Shown: piece after piece, positions 25,797-39,536 of the stretch
Layout of the letters: the number at the start of each line of letters is the position of its first letter
How positions within the stretch are numbered: position 1 is the first letter of the stretch
Assembly (NCBI GenBank): GCA_051530055.1
Contig: CM121341.1
Location: 10,208,784-10,272,783 of the forward strand
DNA from: Neoechinorhynchus agilis
Lineage: Eukaryota; Animalia; Acanthocephala
Length of the DNA: 64,000 bases
Direction of reading: 5' to 3'
The notes under the pieces: generated by a model
Told to the model about the DNA's origin: nothing
Database searches by the model: none
Seen by the model: only the letters and a program-made list of their open reading frames with translations
Program-made: the position numbers and the translations under genes

Positions 25797-26465
25797 TCAA
25801 CTACACGAGAAAGCGGCATAAAAGCTTTCGACGATACCCCAAAGATCATCTGTTGCTTTTGGCTCAACAAAATACTCCTTAAGCGATGGTACGGTTTTTA
25901 CAATTTCTCTGTTTTTGTCTGCATAATCAAAATTGACATCAGGGCAAAAGTTCATGTACAAGCTTTGAAAGAAGGCGAAGATGCTGAGATCTGCATAGGT
26001 GAGATTATCGCTGACTATGTAACCATTTTCCCCATACAAATCCTCAAGCCTTTTAAGAGAACTTATCAATTTCGGAATCTCTACTCTTGTATAATCTTTG
26101 ATTAACTGCTTTCCCTTTTGCTTAGCTTCATTATAGGCTATGTCCAAAAGCCTACTGAAATATTCGTCAAGTATAAAGACTATTGCATCACACCTACAAG
26201 CGTCCAATTCCGTATTTCCAGCTAACCCGTGTTTTTTACCAAGGTATCTTACGATGGCACTCAAGTTAACTAAAAGTTCGTCGTTCACTTTAAGCGCAAG
26301 ACCATTTTCAGAGGGCATTTCAAGACGGTGTTTCGTTAATTCCTCATCTTTATCCAAATTAACTTCTTTAAACATCTGACCGGTTGCAATTAGAATAAGT
26401 CTTATAAGCTCATCACGTCTTGGAAAAGAGTCAAAGTAATAAAGAGTGTATTGGTTAAGAGGCAT
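25797..26465 (-). CDS. Glutathione S-transferase, sigma-like, with an atypical G-site
   Basis: YTLYYF...ELIRLIL, AIVRYLGKKHGLAGNTELDACRCDAIV, N-capping motif LTYADL; intronless, 222 aa. Confidence 0.88.
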   Translation of the reverse strand: MPLNQYTLYYFDSFPRRDELIRLILIATGQMFKEVNLDKDEELTKHRLEMPSENGLALKVNDELLVNLSAIVRYLGKKHGLAGNTELDACRCDAIVFILDEYFSRLLDIAYNEAKQKGKQLIKDYTRVEIPKLISSLKRLEDLYGENGYIVSDNLTYADLSIFAFFQSLYMNFCPDVNFDYADKNREIVKTVPSLKEYFVEPKATDDLWGIVESFYAAFSCS

Positions 26466-27340
26466 TGTCCTCTAATGCGCCACCTTTTCGAGAGTGCTGA
26501 TGCGACGGTAGCTTGTTGGATTTTTGAAATTAACGCGTTTGAGCTAAGATAGGTGTAAATGTTCACGGAGCTATGAGAGTCAAGCGGGCTTAATCATCCG
26601 GTATCTTTAAAAGCTTCTAGCATATGAGCTTTATAAACTAGAGCGCCAGTAGAGGTTTTGGATAAAAAAATTGAACGTTTAGAAAGGATGGAAAGTGAAT
26701 CATAAACAGTTTGGGTTTCAGCTTTTCCCAAACGATATTTTTCTGAAGAAAATGATGATTCATTTAGGCGTCTCTTTAAATTCAAAATGGCGCCGATTTC
26801 GTTTCCTTCATTAAGTTAATTGAGAATTTTTGACTAACATTAAAATAATCTCTCCTAATAAATTGTGTCGCACGGTAAGGTCTTTCTAATAACTCAAAAG
26901 TTCTTGTCCTAATCATTAATCTTGATCGCAAACCTATAAATCTGATCTGACCGAGTCGTGTCCGAAAATTGTTTGAAAAATAGTATAAATTTCCATAAAT
27001 GTCGAAAGTTAGTAGCTCTCGAGAGAGGGAAAAATGAGTGAGTGAGAAGAAGTAGCTTCTACGAATGCATTGTTTTCGCATTCTGTTATGCATACGACTG
27101 TTACAACTCACTTAGTGTTTAATCGCTTCGACAAAATCATCAAATCTTTAACTAGAACTTGTTTTCTATTAAAAATGCGGCAACCGCTTTTCGAACTCTT
27201 CATTAGATCTCTCTATTGATTCCTTGAATTTGATCAACAAATAAAAGATGAAAAAACTCGACTTCAATCACAAATAAGAAAACGTGATTTCTACTGTGTC
27301 AAGATTAAGAAAAAACTTCTATTAAGTTCACAATTGTCTA

Positions 27341-27463
27341 TCATTCAGACGACCTAGGATAAAAGCCTTCGATCATTTTCCACAGGTCCTTCATTGACAT
27401 TTGCTTTTCGAAATATTCCTTCAGTGCGGGAACTGATTCCACTAATCTTTTATTCCTCGCTAC
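27341..27463 (-). pseudogene. 3' fragment (41 codons including the stop) of the GST at 51153-51812
   Basis: Near-exact reverse complement of 51690-51812; the spacer 26930-27340 also matches 51813-52269. Confidence 0.85.
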
Positions 27464-27916
27464 TCGACGTGTCCTTTAGTGCCCAACGGTCTTGAGTCAC
27501 GCAACGAATGCAGTTGTCAAATGAATTTTTGAAATATTTTATAAGAAGATCGAAATAATTAATAATCGCATGTTTTATTAAAGAAGAAGCAGAACCATGA
27601 ACATTTAAGTCCTCGTCAACACTCGAGTTCCTATAGGTTTCGTTTACTAAAGTTGTTTAATTCTAAATAAATTTTTTCCGGCATGGTTTACAATTCGACG
27701 TGTCCTTTAGTGCCCAACGGTCTTGAGTCACGCAACGAATGCAGTTGTCAAATGAATTTTTGAAATATTTTATAAGAAGATCGAAATAATTAATAATCGC
27801 ATGTTTTATTAAAGAAGAAGCAGAACCATGAACATTTAAGTCCTCGTCAACACTCGAGTTCCTATAGGTTTCGTTTACTAAAGTTGTTTAATTCTAAATA
27901 AATTTTTTCCGGCATG
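27464..27916. repeat. Direct tandem duplication with a 231-bp period
   Basis: tcgacgtgtcc starts at 27464 and 27695; both units end in ccggcatg (27685, 27916). Confidence 0.9.
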
Positions 27917-30900
27917 AAATCATTCACACCACCGCTCTGGATCACTCAGCTGCCGTCCTCGTGTAATGGTCTAAAGGACGGATGCAGCGATCCCTCGTTG
28001 CAGGGCCGGACTTATGCTTTGTAGGAGGAATGCTCTCGATCTCGGACCGCCAGTGATTCGTCTCAACCTCTTAGACAATTGCTTGACCAGGTCCTGCGCC
28101 GCGGTACTAAACGACCCGAATGCCTCGGCGCCAAAGGAAACTAAATAAAGATTTCGACCCAGGTCCGTGTATTTCGTCCATTTGCGAGCCATGGAAGCGA
28201 TTGCTGATCCCCTGGTTTAGTAGCGGAGACCACGGCAACCACCCTGACCTGTGATCATGACAAAAACTCAAATCGAAGATCAGTAGAACTTTGTTTTGTA
28301 AAATGCATTTTTACACTGGGCAAACGCTTAAGGTACGACAAATGCGTTAATTTTAGACTTGGCGTTCCCAAAAAAAGTCCTAAAACGATAGCATAATTTT
28401 CAGCGCTCCAATTTCGAAGCGTGAGTGATAGCGATCAGAGTACCACAAGCAATACGAACACCACACCTGGAGTCTCCGTGCTGAACTTTATGGAACAATC
28501 GCATCAACGACAGAATACCGATTTCTCATTATGGTGAGATTCGGCGACTACGTTCAAGACGCATGAAGCTCAATTTTTTCATCATTTTCATCTCCGAAGA
28601 CGAAATCTTGAAACTCACTTCAGTGCGGTGACAGAGCAACCAATTCATTGATGGTTGTGATTTGCGGTTATTTAAATGCCACTGATGAATTCGTTCGATT
28701 CAATCTTCGGTATAAAAGAATAAATATTTTGTTTACCTTGGTGACTTAGGTGAAGGATCTAAAAAATCGAAGTTTTTAGGAACCACACGAAGCACAGTTT
28801 CACCAATTTTATGGTTAGGGAATCGTGTATCTTCGGAAAAAAAGCGAAAAAGGCGAGTAGAAAAGTGTTGCCCTTATAAAGGAAAAGCGCAAGAAGCGTC
28901 CACGATTTGATCGACTTTTTTGATGATTGTTTCCGCCGTCATGGTTATTCGAAATGGACCACTAAATGCTTCCAATGAAACCAGATTAAAAGCACAGAAC
29001 GCATTCTTAAATTAAAGAATAAAAGATAATTAAAGAAGAGGAATTTAGCTCAAAAATTACCGAAAGGACGTAGAACAACTGCTCAAAATTGCACTCTAAA
29101 AACAAAATCAAGCTAATCATTCAGGTGTAAATAACAAATTTCGAAAGCCTTTAACGAAATCTATCTGAATTAAAGGGTAATCACTGTAAGTGAAGCGATT
29201 TTAAGATGGATCGCTCAGAATCACTTTTATCGCGATTAGACCGGCACTGATTACAACCTCAATCGCTTAGATTTAAAACGCATGTGTTTAATTCCAGCAA
29301 AAATGCCGATATCTGCAGTTGGAAACTTCAGGCTTCAATGCAACATTTTATAATGTTGCATTCTAGTCCCCTTGAAAGGTGGAGATGTTTGAAATTCAAT
29401 GATTCTAGGCCTAAAAATTGCATGATAAAAAATATCTGAAGTAATAACCTTGTAAAACACAGCGTTTTCCATATTTCATTTACTTTTAAAAGTAACGAAA
29501 ATAATTTTCTAAAAATCATCAATTTAAAGCTCAATATTGTCTAGCGATTTTTCCATTAAAATGGGGACGTGAATGTTGATCCGTTTGTGGAAATTCGATT
29601 TCAAATCGATACATTGATATCTTTTATTTTCACAATAAATGAATTCTTAAATTCACACGCGCGATTGCGTGAAAATGTAAGCAAGATTTTTTTAATGATT
29701 AATTATCGATGGAGCCTTATTGATTTGATGGCATTAAACTAAGAAGTATTTATGTTTGACGATTATTTCCATCTCAAACCGAGACGCACTCAATTCTCAC
29801 ATGATTCGATCATTTCTACAGAAAATTAATTCCAAGAATGTTCAGCCCTATTCAAGGCCCAGTATCAGTTTGCTGACTTCGATCCATCGATTTTTTAGTT
29901 TTAACGTTTTCAAATCAGCAGAACTAAAGTTCGAAATCATCTTTTTAATCCAAGTTAGATTACGAGACAAATCCGCTTAAGCAAAATGAGAGAACGCAAA
30001 AAATCTACGGGAAATATCGTATATTTTGTAACGAAATGTTACAGAATTCCCTACGTTAAAAAACAAAAGATTGAATGATTTGTATTTTTTGCCTTAAACG
30101 CAAAAAACATTCGCGTCAATAAATATCGAGAATTGATATGTCAACAATAAATATGTTTCACTAACAAATAACCTAATATTTGTGACTGCTTGAGATGATG
30201 TTAAGCTGAACGGCGGTACCCTTGTTGAACCAAGAAACTAACGAAACGAAATACCAATTTCTATTATTCGCAAACAAAAAATATGGCGCAAAACGGAAAC
30301 AGTCAATCAATTGGTACTGATCAATTCTCCGAAATGGATCATGCTTATTTAGAAACTACCTATCAAGAAAATCCGATGCCTGATGAGGAAAGGATTAATG
30401 GAATCGCGCAGTTTCTTGGAAAACATCCCGGATCGGTTCGAATTTGGTATTATTTTAGAAGATTTCGAATCGTGGATCCGAGTATGTCACTGAGACAACT
30501 TTTGAATTACGTCATCAGTGCAAGAATTGCTCAACGATTGGAAGTTCATCGGCAATTCGTGCCTCAGTTCTTTTTGAATTCGTATTTGCCTCCAAGACCG
30601 CCCGAGAATGGATTAATTGAACCCGGTGAGCTGTTTCGGCAGTACGAGAGGACAATACAAATAGAAAGCGATTCCGAGAGCGACAGTTCAGAGGAGTAGC
30701 AAATTAGGATAGTACATTATTTAAAAGAATATTTATTATTTCTATATATTGATCGCGATCCTCGGTAGATCCATGACAATATTAAATAAGGCGCTTTGAA
30801 GGTAAAAATACCGGATTCTCGGGAGTTCGGAAAATACTTAAACCTTTATTGTAGGTAAATTTAAACAACTTTTGATTCCAAAATAAAGTCTTGAAATACT

Positions 30901-31490
30901 AACCGTATTTGTAACCGTAAGGTCACAGTCATGAGGTCAAATATATGAAAAATATGTTTTTTTTAAGAAGTGCTATATTTACACAGAAAACTTTGTATAT
31001 TGGGTAATGTTTTCTACATGAAATCATTCACACCACCGCTCTGGATCACTCAGCTGTCGTCCTGGTGTAATGGTCTAAAGGACAAATGCAGCGTTCCCTC
31101 GTTGCCAGGGACAGACTTGTTTTGTAGGATGAATGTTCTTGATCTCGGATCGCCATTCATTCGTCTCAATCTCTTAAAGAATTGCTTGACTAGATTCTGC
31201 GCCGTGATTCGACGCCAAAGGGAACAAAATAAAGATTTCGACTCAGGTCCCTGTATTTTGTCCTTTTGTGTTCCACAGCAGCTGCTGTTGCCCCTCCGGT
31301 TTAATGGTTGCGAATTTTATGTTGCTGGCTGCGAGCGTGTCCACGAACGTGGCGTCGCAAAGAAAGCATTTGCCTAACCTCCCCCGGAAATATTGTGACA
31401 CCGTCCGGTCTACGACCATCGAGTCGGCAAAGATTGCTCGGTTCTAAAATGTCGGCCGCATTCCCAATATTCAGGGCACGACTAAGAGCA
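27913..31490 (+). mobile_element. Homeobox cassette copy 3, bracketed by CRE-type tails
   Basis: Tail at 27913-28200, shared intervening sequence, homeobox ORF, tail from 31017; colinear with 6518-10170. Confidence 0.8.
30283..30699 (+). CDS. Divergent homeodomain protein, cassette copy 3 (138 aa)
   Basis: Intact ORF near-identical to copies 1, 2 and 4. Confidence 0.8.
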   Translation: MAQNGNSQSIGTDQFSEMDHAYLETTYQENPMPDEERINGIAQFLGKHPGSVRIWYYFRRFRIVDPSMSLRQLLNYVISARIAQRLEVHRQFVPQFFLNSYLPPRPPENGLIEPGELFRQYERTIQIESDSESDSSEE

Positions 31491-32300
31491 TTGCGTTCAC
31501 TTCGGCGTATCGTGAGTACTTCGTGCCTGATTGCCGACAGACGAGACCATTGCGTCCCGATGGTTCCACGGTCGCATCGCAACGGCAGCGATTGTATTGT
31601 ATTGTATGCAACGGTACTTTCCTACGTCGTATGTACGACAGTTCCCTTTGCCTTTACGATACAATGTCGTTGGCTTCCAGAAAAAGAATTGTTGCACGAC
31701 CTGTGGGCAAGATGCCTCGGACCGAATTATATTGCCCGTGAACTGCAGTCGTCTGCGGCGCAAATATTCACTGGGCGGTTGGACTCCGGCTCTCTTATAC
31801 AGTGCTCTGTTGGTCACTTTATCTGAGGTCAGAACCGCAGCGATGGAATGTGCGCATCGGTACCCCAAGTCTCAGGGATACTGCAAACCTTACTGTCTCG
31901 TCAGAGACAAAGGTACCAACAGAGGCGATTGGGAGAGCGTTGAGCCAAGCACCCGATTCTCTTGTAAAGACTGCCGACAATCGAGTTCGGTTAACCAGGT
32001 CACGAGAACGTGAAATTGAAGAGTTATGAATTCTCGCCACCAGGAGCGAATTCCAAGCTGATTATTTGCAACCATTGATGGGTACCTGCTCGCTGCCAAA
32101 ATTTCCACACCAAAGATTAAGCGCCTCCACAAAATCTTCATCTAAAGTGTAATTCTCGCCAAGGACGGATTGAGCTATTTTACGGCTTGCTTCATACGAT
32201 CCCAAATAAGTTGGCAGAGAAATATCGACTGTTTTTCGAATACCCAAACCGCCGGGCGATTTAAAATTTTCTCGAGAGAGGTTTTCAACGTCTCGTCTAA
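31490..32300. mobile_element. Mosaic of RTE-like and CRE-type fragments; inverted copy at ~45780-46560
   Basis: Minus strand VTNRALYKRAGVQPPSEYLRRRRLQF (RTE-like) and RESGAWLNALPIASVG...FAVSLRLG (CRE-type). Confidence 0.75.
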
Positions 32301-32606
32301 TTTTGCCAGCTTATCCTTATGTCTAAGAAAATGTGATGTGCGCAGCTTATACAAAATGAATGTGGCTATTTATTTTGGAGTGCATTACGAGTCCGATCGG
32401 GTAGGAATATCAAATCGGATTTAAATGTGTGTCCGAGTGAGAATCGGCGGCTATTGGTATAGGAAACTTCGCAAGGTTGTCCCTTCCCTTCGGTTCATCC
32501 CAATCCGATATCCGAGAAGATTGGAAAGAATGGAAAAAGGAGCAGAGGTAGAGGGAGGTGCGAGGTTGAGGGAGGATTAAACGAATCGGGATTGCGAATG
32601 TTGTGC

Positions 32607-34030
32607 TCATGTGAAAAGGGGAACAAAATGAGGTAAAAATTGTGGTGGTAGGGTTGATAGGAGTTTTGATTTTTTGTTGTACATTTTAAAAATGCATTTG
32701 GTGAGCGGGGAAAAATCAACTGTGCAAATTTTTGAGCAAGCCTCAAAAGCGGTGTAGTTTGGTTCATCAGGTGAAATAGGCACCTGGTAATACGCCTCGT
32801 GAAGATCAATTTGACTGAAATGCCGGTTAGCTGCAATTCTGTTGACCGTTTGATCGATTTTTGGAAGCGGGTACGCATTGAAGAATTTGAATCGGTTTAT
32901 TGTTTGGGAGAAATCAACCACGAGTCTATTCTTTCCACAGCCTTTTCTGACAACGAGTACTTGAGCATGCCATGACGAATTCGCGCTTTCTATTATCTCT
33001 TGTTTAAGCATTCGTTGGATTTCAGAGCGAATTAATTGTTCGTCGAATTGACAATGGGCTCTGGATTTTGTATCGATTGGCGTACATTTGCTGCTTAGAT
33101 TGGCGAAGAGCGATGGAACATATCTAGGACCATTGATGGCTGATACTCGTATTTCCGGGGGTTTTTCGTTTCCTTTCATGAAAATTCGGAATTCCTTGTG
33201 TAATGTCAGAAATGGGAGTCCGAGGATAATGTCAGCGCAAAGATCAGGCAGCACAAAAAGTTCTACTTTTTCGTAGCCTTCCTTTCCATGCAGAAGATCG
33301 ACTTCGCATCTGCCGGTGATTTGATTTGCTTTGTTTACTGTTGCCAAAGTGACAGTGAGCCGGGTAACTTCGATTCTAGCGTTGATACTTCTAGCGGCCG
33401 ATTCGTCGATAAAGTTCAAAGAGCTCCCGGTATCCAATAGCGCAGAAAGCTCTTTTCTTTTGACTTTAATAAGTATTGTGAGCGGATTATCACTTGGACG
33501 AGAGGCTGGTAAAAGTACAGAGGAAAGGCTGGTTTTCTTGTCTCTTTTAGAGCGGCATCTTTTCGAGAAATGGCCAGTCTTGCCACAATTGAAACATTCG
33601 ATTCCATTCGTTGGACATAAACTGCGAGGGTGTCTCATCCTTCCGCAAAAATAACAGTTGTTTTCTCTTCGGGATTGGAATCGATTCTGAATTTTATCTT
33701 TAGATGCGGCACTACATGTCTCAGAATAAGGATTGTACTTTTCTCGACGATGACCAGAATCGTCATCTTCAAAATCAACACTTCTTAAAGTTTCGATTAT
33801 CGCAGAGTTATCGAAAAGCGCTATACTATCAGATGCGTACAGCATACTCTTTGCTGTTTCAATAGCTTTTTCTAAGTATAGTTCGCAGCTTTCCAATCAG
33901 CGCTGTCGAATCGTAGTCGATTTTAGCCCGGCAATAAACGCATCGCGAATAAATTGGGTCTTAGCTTCCTCGGCGCTAACTGCTTTGAATGAACATTCGA
34001 AAGCCATTGTTCGTAGGGTGAAGACATACC
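32607..34030 (-). mobile_element. Truncated Ty3/gypsy LTR-retrotransposon gag-protease-RT fragment
   Basis: Two CCHC knuckles (CYFCGRMRHPRSLC, CFNCGKTGHFSKRC), protease LLDTGS, RT start RLVVDFSQTIN...YPLPKID...IDLHEAYYQV; in-frame stop just upstream of the ORF; no LTR seen. Confidence 0.88.
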
Positions 34031-34436
34031 CACATCCCACCCCGAGTTTCAAATTGGCATCCTACGAGTCACCTCCCAACGAATTTTGGGTCTCCAATTT
34101 TAGTCAAATTTGAAATGGGATTTGCCCATCGCTCTCTCCCTGAAGCTTAACACCTTTAAAATTGATCTCCTCAGACGCTTCCGGCATTTAGGAATCCCTT
34201 AACCCGATGTCTACAAATTTTACTTCAGCTTTATTTTACCCTCCCTCAACTACGGTTATCTCGTCTTTTGCAACCTTTCCAAATCTCAAATCCGTCTGTT
34301 AAAAAGATAACAATCAGCCTACGATCGAGTTTGATGCATTGCTGACCACATTTTTGGGTTTGCAGTATGTTTATTCACAGTATAATTCTGCTCCATATTC
34401 ATAGGAAAAAAAATTCATCTCTCTCAGTTTACGAGC

Positions 34437-34593
<157 letters not shown>

Positions 34594-36177
34594 CGATAGT
34601 CAAGCGTCGCTCTCGCTCTAATGATATCGATTAAGCTCCTCGTAAGCGTTTCGTGGTACATCCTCAGATTTGCTTCCTCAGGCTACCATTGTATTAGAAA
34701 TTGTGCTAATTCCGAAACACCGCGCAGAATTCAAAAACAATTGTTTTGAATTTCAGCGACATTGGCTACTATATCGGCGTTTATATCGTATCGAATGAAC
34801 GAAATTCTCTAGTTATATTCGTGCGTAATACTTCTTTCGAAAAAGTACATAAATTCAATCACTTCTCAACGATTAATACTGTGGACAGTCTTCTACTACC
34901 ACGACCACATCTAGTTATATTCTTGCACATAGGTTCAAAATATCATGAGCAATCATAGTTCTTACACAATATAATATTAAATTGATTGTAGTCCACTTCT
35001 ATCCTGTCTACATTTCACTTAGGAGCCTCGTATACAAAGTATATATTGAAACTAATTTTGCCAAACCTTTAAGTTCTCGGGCAAAATTATTGTTTAGTTT
35101 CGGCTATATCGATCCGCTGTCAAATAATTTAAGCTGAAGCACCCTGTGATCAAATTAATGATGACGAAGCGTTAATGAATATAAAAATGCACTGACAATT
35201 GCAGCTCGAAAAATTCTATTTGTGCTTAGTCGAGAAATTAACCAATGTGAGACATTTTCCCGTAATTATTTATCTATTTTGTTTATTCACAACATCAAAG
35301 TTATACGTACGAATCACAAGTTTTTCTTTCTTCGAATAGAGAAGTATTTATCCGCCTACCTGTTTCTTCGCTAAAAGACATAAAGTCTTCACTCAATTTA
35401 AAGCGTTGTTGCTTAAACTACTTACGTTGCAAAATATAGTAATCTTCACATTGTTCATCATGTTTTAGAGTAAAAGGAGCTTTTTATACCTTCCATTTTT
35501 TGATGCTTGGTACGAACCTTTTAAAATTTACTACTGATAATATTTGTTCTTGATTGAATCGTTTATCAACATCCGAGAGGGATCATTAAATAAGAATAAG
35601 TGTGCTGGGTTAAGCAGACACACTTAAAAAACTTTCAAGCAATTGATAAATGGCTAATTGTATGAGTCGAAATATACATTATTCTTTAATGGTCCCTCTC
35701 GGTTATTGACAATGGACACAAATAGCGACATATCTAACAACCCGAACGCAATCCCCAATAAGATAATATTTGTGTCAATTTTGAATTATTCGAAGGTAAG
35801 TGAATCTAAAATTTTAATGAATTGAGGCATGAATCACTTTAATTGCTTTAATATTTTATCCATTTTTAAAATACAATACGCGTGTAGAAGCGAATTCTGG
35901 TTTATGGGATCTTGCAATGTCAATTTTCGTTATTTTTTAAGTATGTTTTAAATTTTGAATGTCGTTGTATATCAAAATCCTCATTGTGCCCAATGTTTTC
36001 AAATTGCACCGAATTTAGTTAGCAAATGAAAATAATATTCAACCTCCAAATGCTATTCTCACGACCCTATGACCAAGTACAAGTGAAGAATGAAGTTTTG
36101 ATTTTTATTTTACAAGCATTTATACATTTATGTTAGCGCAGATAATATCTGTTTGACTTTACAAATTAGCAACTTAA

Positions 36178-37157
36178 TCAGCGTCTAGTCTTTCTAATCG
36201 CGAGTAGTATATGGCAGTATAAAATGGTGGGATCTCGATGCAGTTCGAACATCCCAAAAAACTTCTCGAGGCTCAATCTTAAGTCTAGAATAGACATTTT
36301 AAATTTTTCTAGTTTAGAAATGAAATACCTACTTTTAACGCCACCATGTTCGCAGCCAATCTTTTGAGCCTTTTCGAATTGCAATTTTGCTAATTCGTCA
36401 TATCTATTTCCAAGCACACAGTCCGTCAGTTCCTCATACTGAATATTATGTGCTTTATATTGAGATAGTCGATCACAATCAATTGGAAAGCGTTCTCTGT
36501 TCTTAAATCGTTGTTGACTGACTACAGCCACCATCATATGTCTATTAAGGGAAATAGATTGTCGTAAGCTTGGAGATACATTTAAAATAATATATACGTT
36601 AGTCAAATACCAAACGCGTAATACAAGCATTTGACACAATCAATTAAAATTACTTACAAAATATATTTTCCGTGGCTTGCCAACCACTCAGTGCCAATGA
36701 AGGTCGGGTGATCCTTGTCAGTTTCATCCAGAAGTTTCCTAAAAGAATCAGACCCTCAAAAGTGTTACTTTAATCCGACAAGTGCAAACCTAATAATGTC
36801 AAGCGCGTGCTCTAATTGTTCGGTATCGAATGTCTGAAAAGACTTTAAAGCGTAGAGGCACGCAGCTTCCATAAGATCAAGAAATCGCTGCTTTTTGTTT
36901 TCCTTATTCATTTCACCTCGTTTTTCAAGGATATCTGCGTATATCGCGAGCAAATGGTCCTGAGAAAGTTTATGAACGCTGTCTCGATTTACTCGATAAA
37001 TTGGAGTAACTAGGGACGGTCGATAACTTGGTTGAAACTGAAGCCTCCACTTGGTTACATGTTTGAAGGCATCGAACTGAGACTCAGAGTCACTAGAAGA
37101 GTCGCTTTTGTATTCATAAAAATGCCTTTTTGATCGCTTGATCGGTGGTGATGTCAT
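36178..37157 (-). CDS. Orphan 3-exon gene, left palindrome arm (~286 aa)
   Basis: Mirror image of 37574-38553; same predicted protein. Confidence 0.65.
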
Positions 37158-37464
37158 CTTTCTAAAATCGAATAATCAAACACAATGTACTTGCTATATA
37201 TCGTGCGACTGCAAATGAACTATATGTAGCAAATTCTCATGTTAATGACTCTCACTCTGATTGGTCAATATAATTGCATTACTATCTTTTTAAAGTTACC
37301 GCTTTTGATCTCGAATTACATAATAACTTTAAAAAATTGACATATGATCAATCCTTCGTACCGCCAAAGTAATCAAAGCAATCGATTAAATTCTATCACT
37401 TAAGTTATTATGTAATTCGAGATCAAAAGCGGTAACTTTAAAAAGATAGTAATGCAATTATATT

Positions 37465-37474
37465 GACCAATCAG
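37465..37474 (+). promoter_or_regulatory. CCAAT-box-like motif upstream of the palindromic gene (mirrored on the left arm)
   Basis: gaccaatcag about 100 bp upstream of the ATG, with tatatag at 37531-37537. Confidence 0.4.
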
Positions 37475-37573
37475 AGTGAGAGTCATTAACATGAGAATTT
37501 GCTACATATAGTTCATTTGCAGTCGCACGATATATAGCAAGTACATTGTGTTCGATTATTCGATTTTAGAAAG

Positions 37574-38553
37574 ATGACATCACCACCGATCAAGCGATCA
37601 AAAAGGCATTTTTATGAATACAAAAGCGACTCTTCTAGCGACTCTGAGTCTCAGTTCGATGCCTTCAAACATGTAACCAAGTGGAGGCTTCAGTTTCAAC
37701 CAAGTTATCGACCGTCCCTAGTTACTCCAATTTATCGAGTAAATCGAGACAGCGTTCATAAACTTTCTCAGGACCATTTGCTCGCGATATACGCAGATAT
37801 CCTTGAAAAACGAGGTGAAATGAATAAGGAAAACAAAAAGCAGCGATTTCTTGATCTTATGGAAGCTGCGTGCCTCTACGCTTTAAAGTCTTTTCAGACA
37901 TTCGATACCGAACAATTAGAGCACGCGCTTGACATTATTAGGTTTGCACTTGTCGGATTAAAGTAACACTTTTGAGGGTCTGATTCTTTTAGGAAACTTC
38001 TGGATGAAACTGACAAGGATCACCCGACCTTCATTGGCACTGAGTGGTTGGCAAGCCACGGAAAATATATTTTGTAAGTAATTTTAATTGATTGTGTCAA
38101 ATGCTTGTATTACGCGTTTGGTATTTGACTAACGTATATATTATTTTAAATGTATCTCCAAGCTTACGACAATCTATTTCCCTTAATAGACATATGATGG
38201 TGGCTGTAGTCAGTCAACAACGATTTAAGAACAGAGAACGCTTTCCAATTGATTGTGATCGACTATCTCAATATAAAGCACATAATATTCAGTATGAGGA
38301 ACTGACGGACTGTGTGCTTGGAAATAGATATGACGAATTAGCAAAATTGCAATTCGAAAAGGCTCAAAAGATTGGCTGCGAACATGGTGGCGTTAAAAGT
38401 AGGTATTTCATTTCTAAACTAGAAAAATTTAAAATGTCTATTCTAGACTTAAGATTGAGCCTCGAGAAGTTTTTTGGGATGTTCGAACTGCATCGAGATC
38501 CCACCATTTTATACTGCCATATACTACTCGCGATTAGAAAGACTAGACGCTGA
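37574..38553 (+). CDS. Orphan 3-exon gene, right palindrome arm (37574-37962, 37993-38073, 38163-38553; ~286 aa)
   Basis: GT-AG introns of 30 and 89 nt (gtaaca...tttag; gtaagt...gactaac...ccaag), both phase 2, join two track ORFs through an 81-nt stop-free exon. NLS-like PPIKRSKR and Ser/Asp-rich N-terminus. Confidence 0.65.
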
Positions 38554-39536
38554 TTAAGTTGCTAATTTGTAAAGTCAAACAGATATTATCTGCGCTAACA
38601 TAAATGTATAAATGCTTGTAAAATAAAAATGCAAAACTTCATTCTTCACTTGTACTTGGTCATAGGGTCGTGAGAATAGCATTTGGAGGTTGAATATTAT
38701 TTTCATTTGCTAACTAAATTCGGTGCAATTTGAAAACATTGGGCACAATGAGGATTTTGATATACAACGACATTCAAAATTTAAAACATACTTAGAAAAA
38801 TAACGAAAATTGACATTGCAAGATCCCATAAACCAGAATTCGCTTCTACACGCGTATTGTATTTTAAAAATGGATAAAATATTAAAGCAATTAAAGTGAT
38901 TCATGCCTCAATTCATTAAAATTTTAGATTCACTTACCTTCGAATAATTCAAAATTGACACAAATATTATCTTATTGGGGATTGCGTTCGGGTTGTTAGA
39001 TATGTCGCTATTTGTGTCCATTGTCAATAACCGAGAGGGACCATTAAAGAATAATGTATATTTCGACTCATACAATTAGCCATTTATCAATTGCTTGAAA
39101 GTTTTTTAAGTGTGTCTGCTTAACCACACTTATTCTTGTTAATGATCCCTCTCGGATGTTGATAAACGATTCAATCAAGAACAAATATTATCAGTAGTAA
39201 ATTTTAAAAGGTTCGTACCAAGCATCAAAAAATGGAAGGTATAAAAAGCTCCTTTTACTCTAAAACATGATGAACAATGTGAAGATTACTATATTTTGCA
39301 ACGTAAGTAGTTTAAGCAACAACGCTTTAAATTGAGTGAAGACTTTATGTCTTTTAGCGAAGAAACAGGTAGGCGGATAAATACTTCTCTATTCGAAGAA
39401 AGAAAAACTTGTGATTCGTACGTATAACTTTGATGTTGTGAATAAACAAAATAGATAAATAATTACGGGAAAATGTCTCACATTGGTTAATTTCTCGACT
39501 AAGCACAAATAGAATTTTTCGAGCTGCAATTGTCAG

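Noticed and set aside
26782-27111. 109-aa ORF MSCNSRMHNRM... (and 52043-52303)
   Set aside because: Lies in the duplicated GST intergenic spacer, has a TTG/GTG-type start and no motif; probably non-coding.
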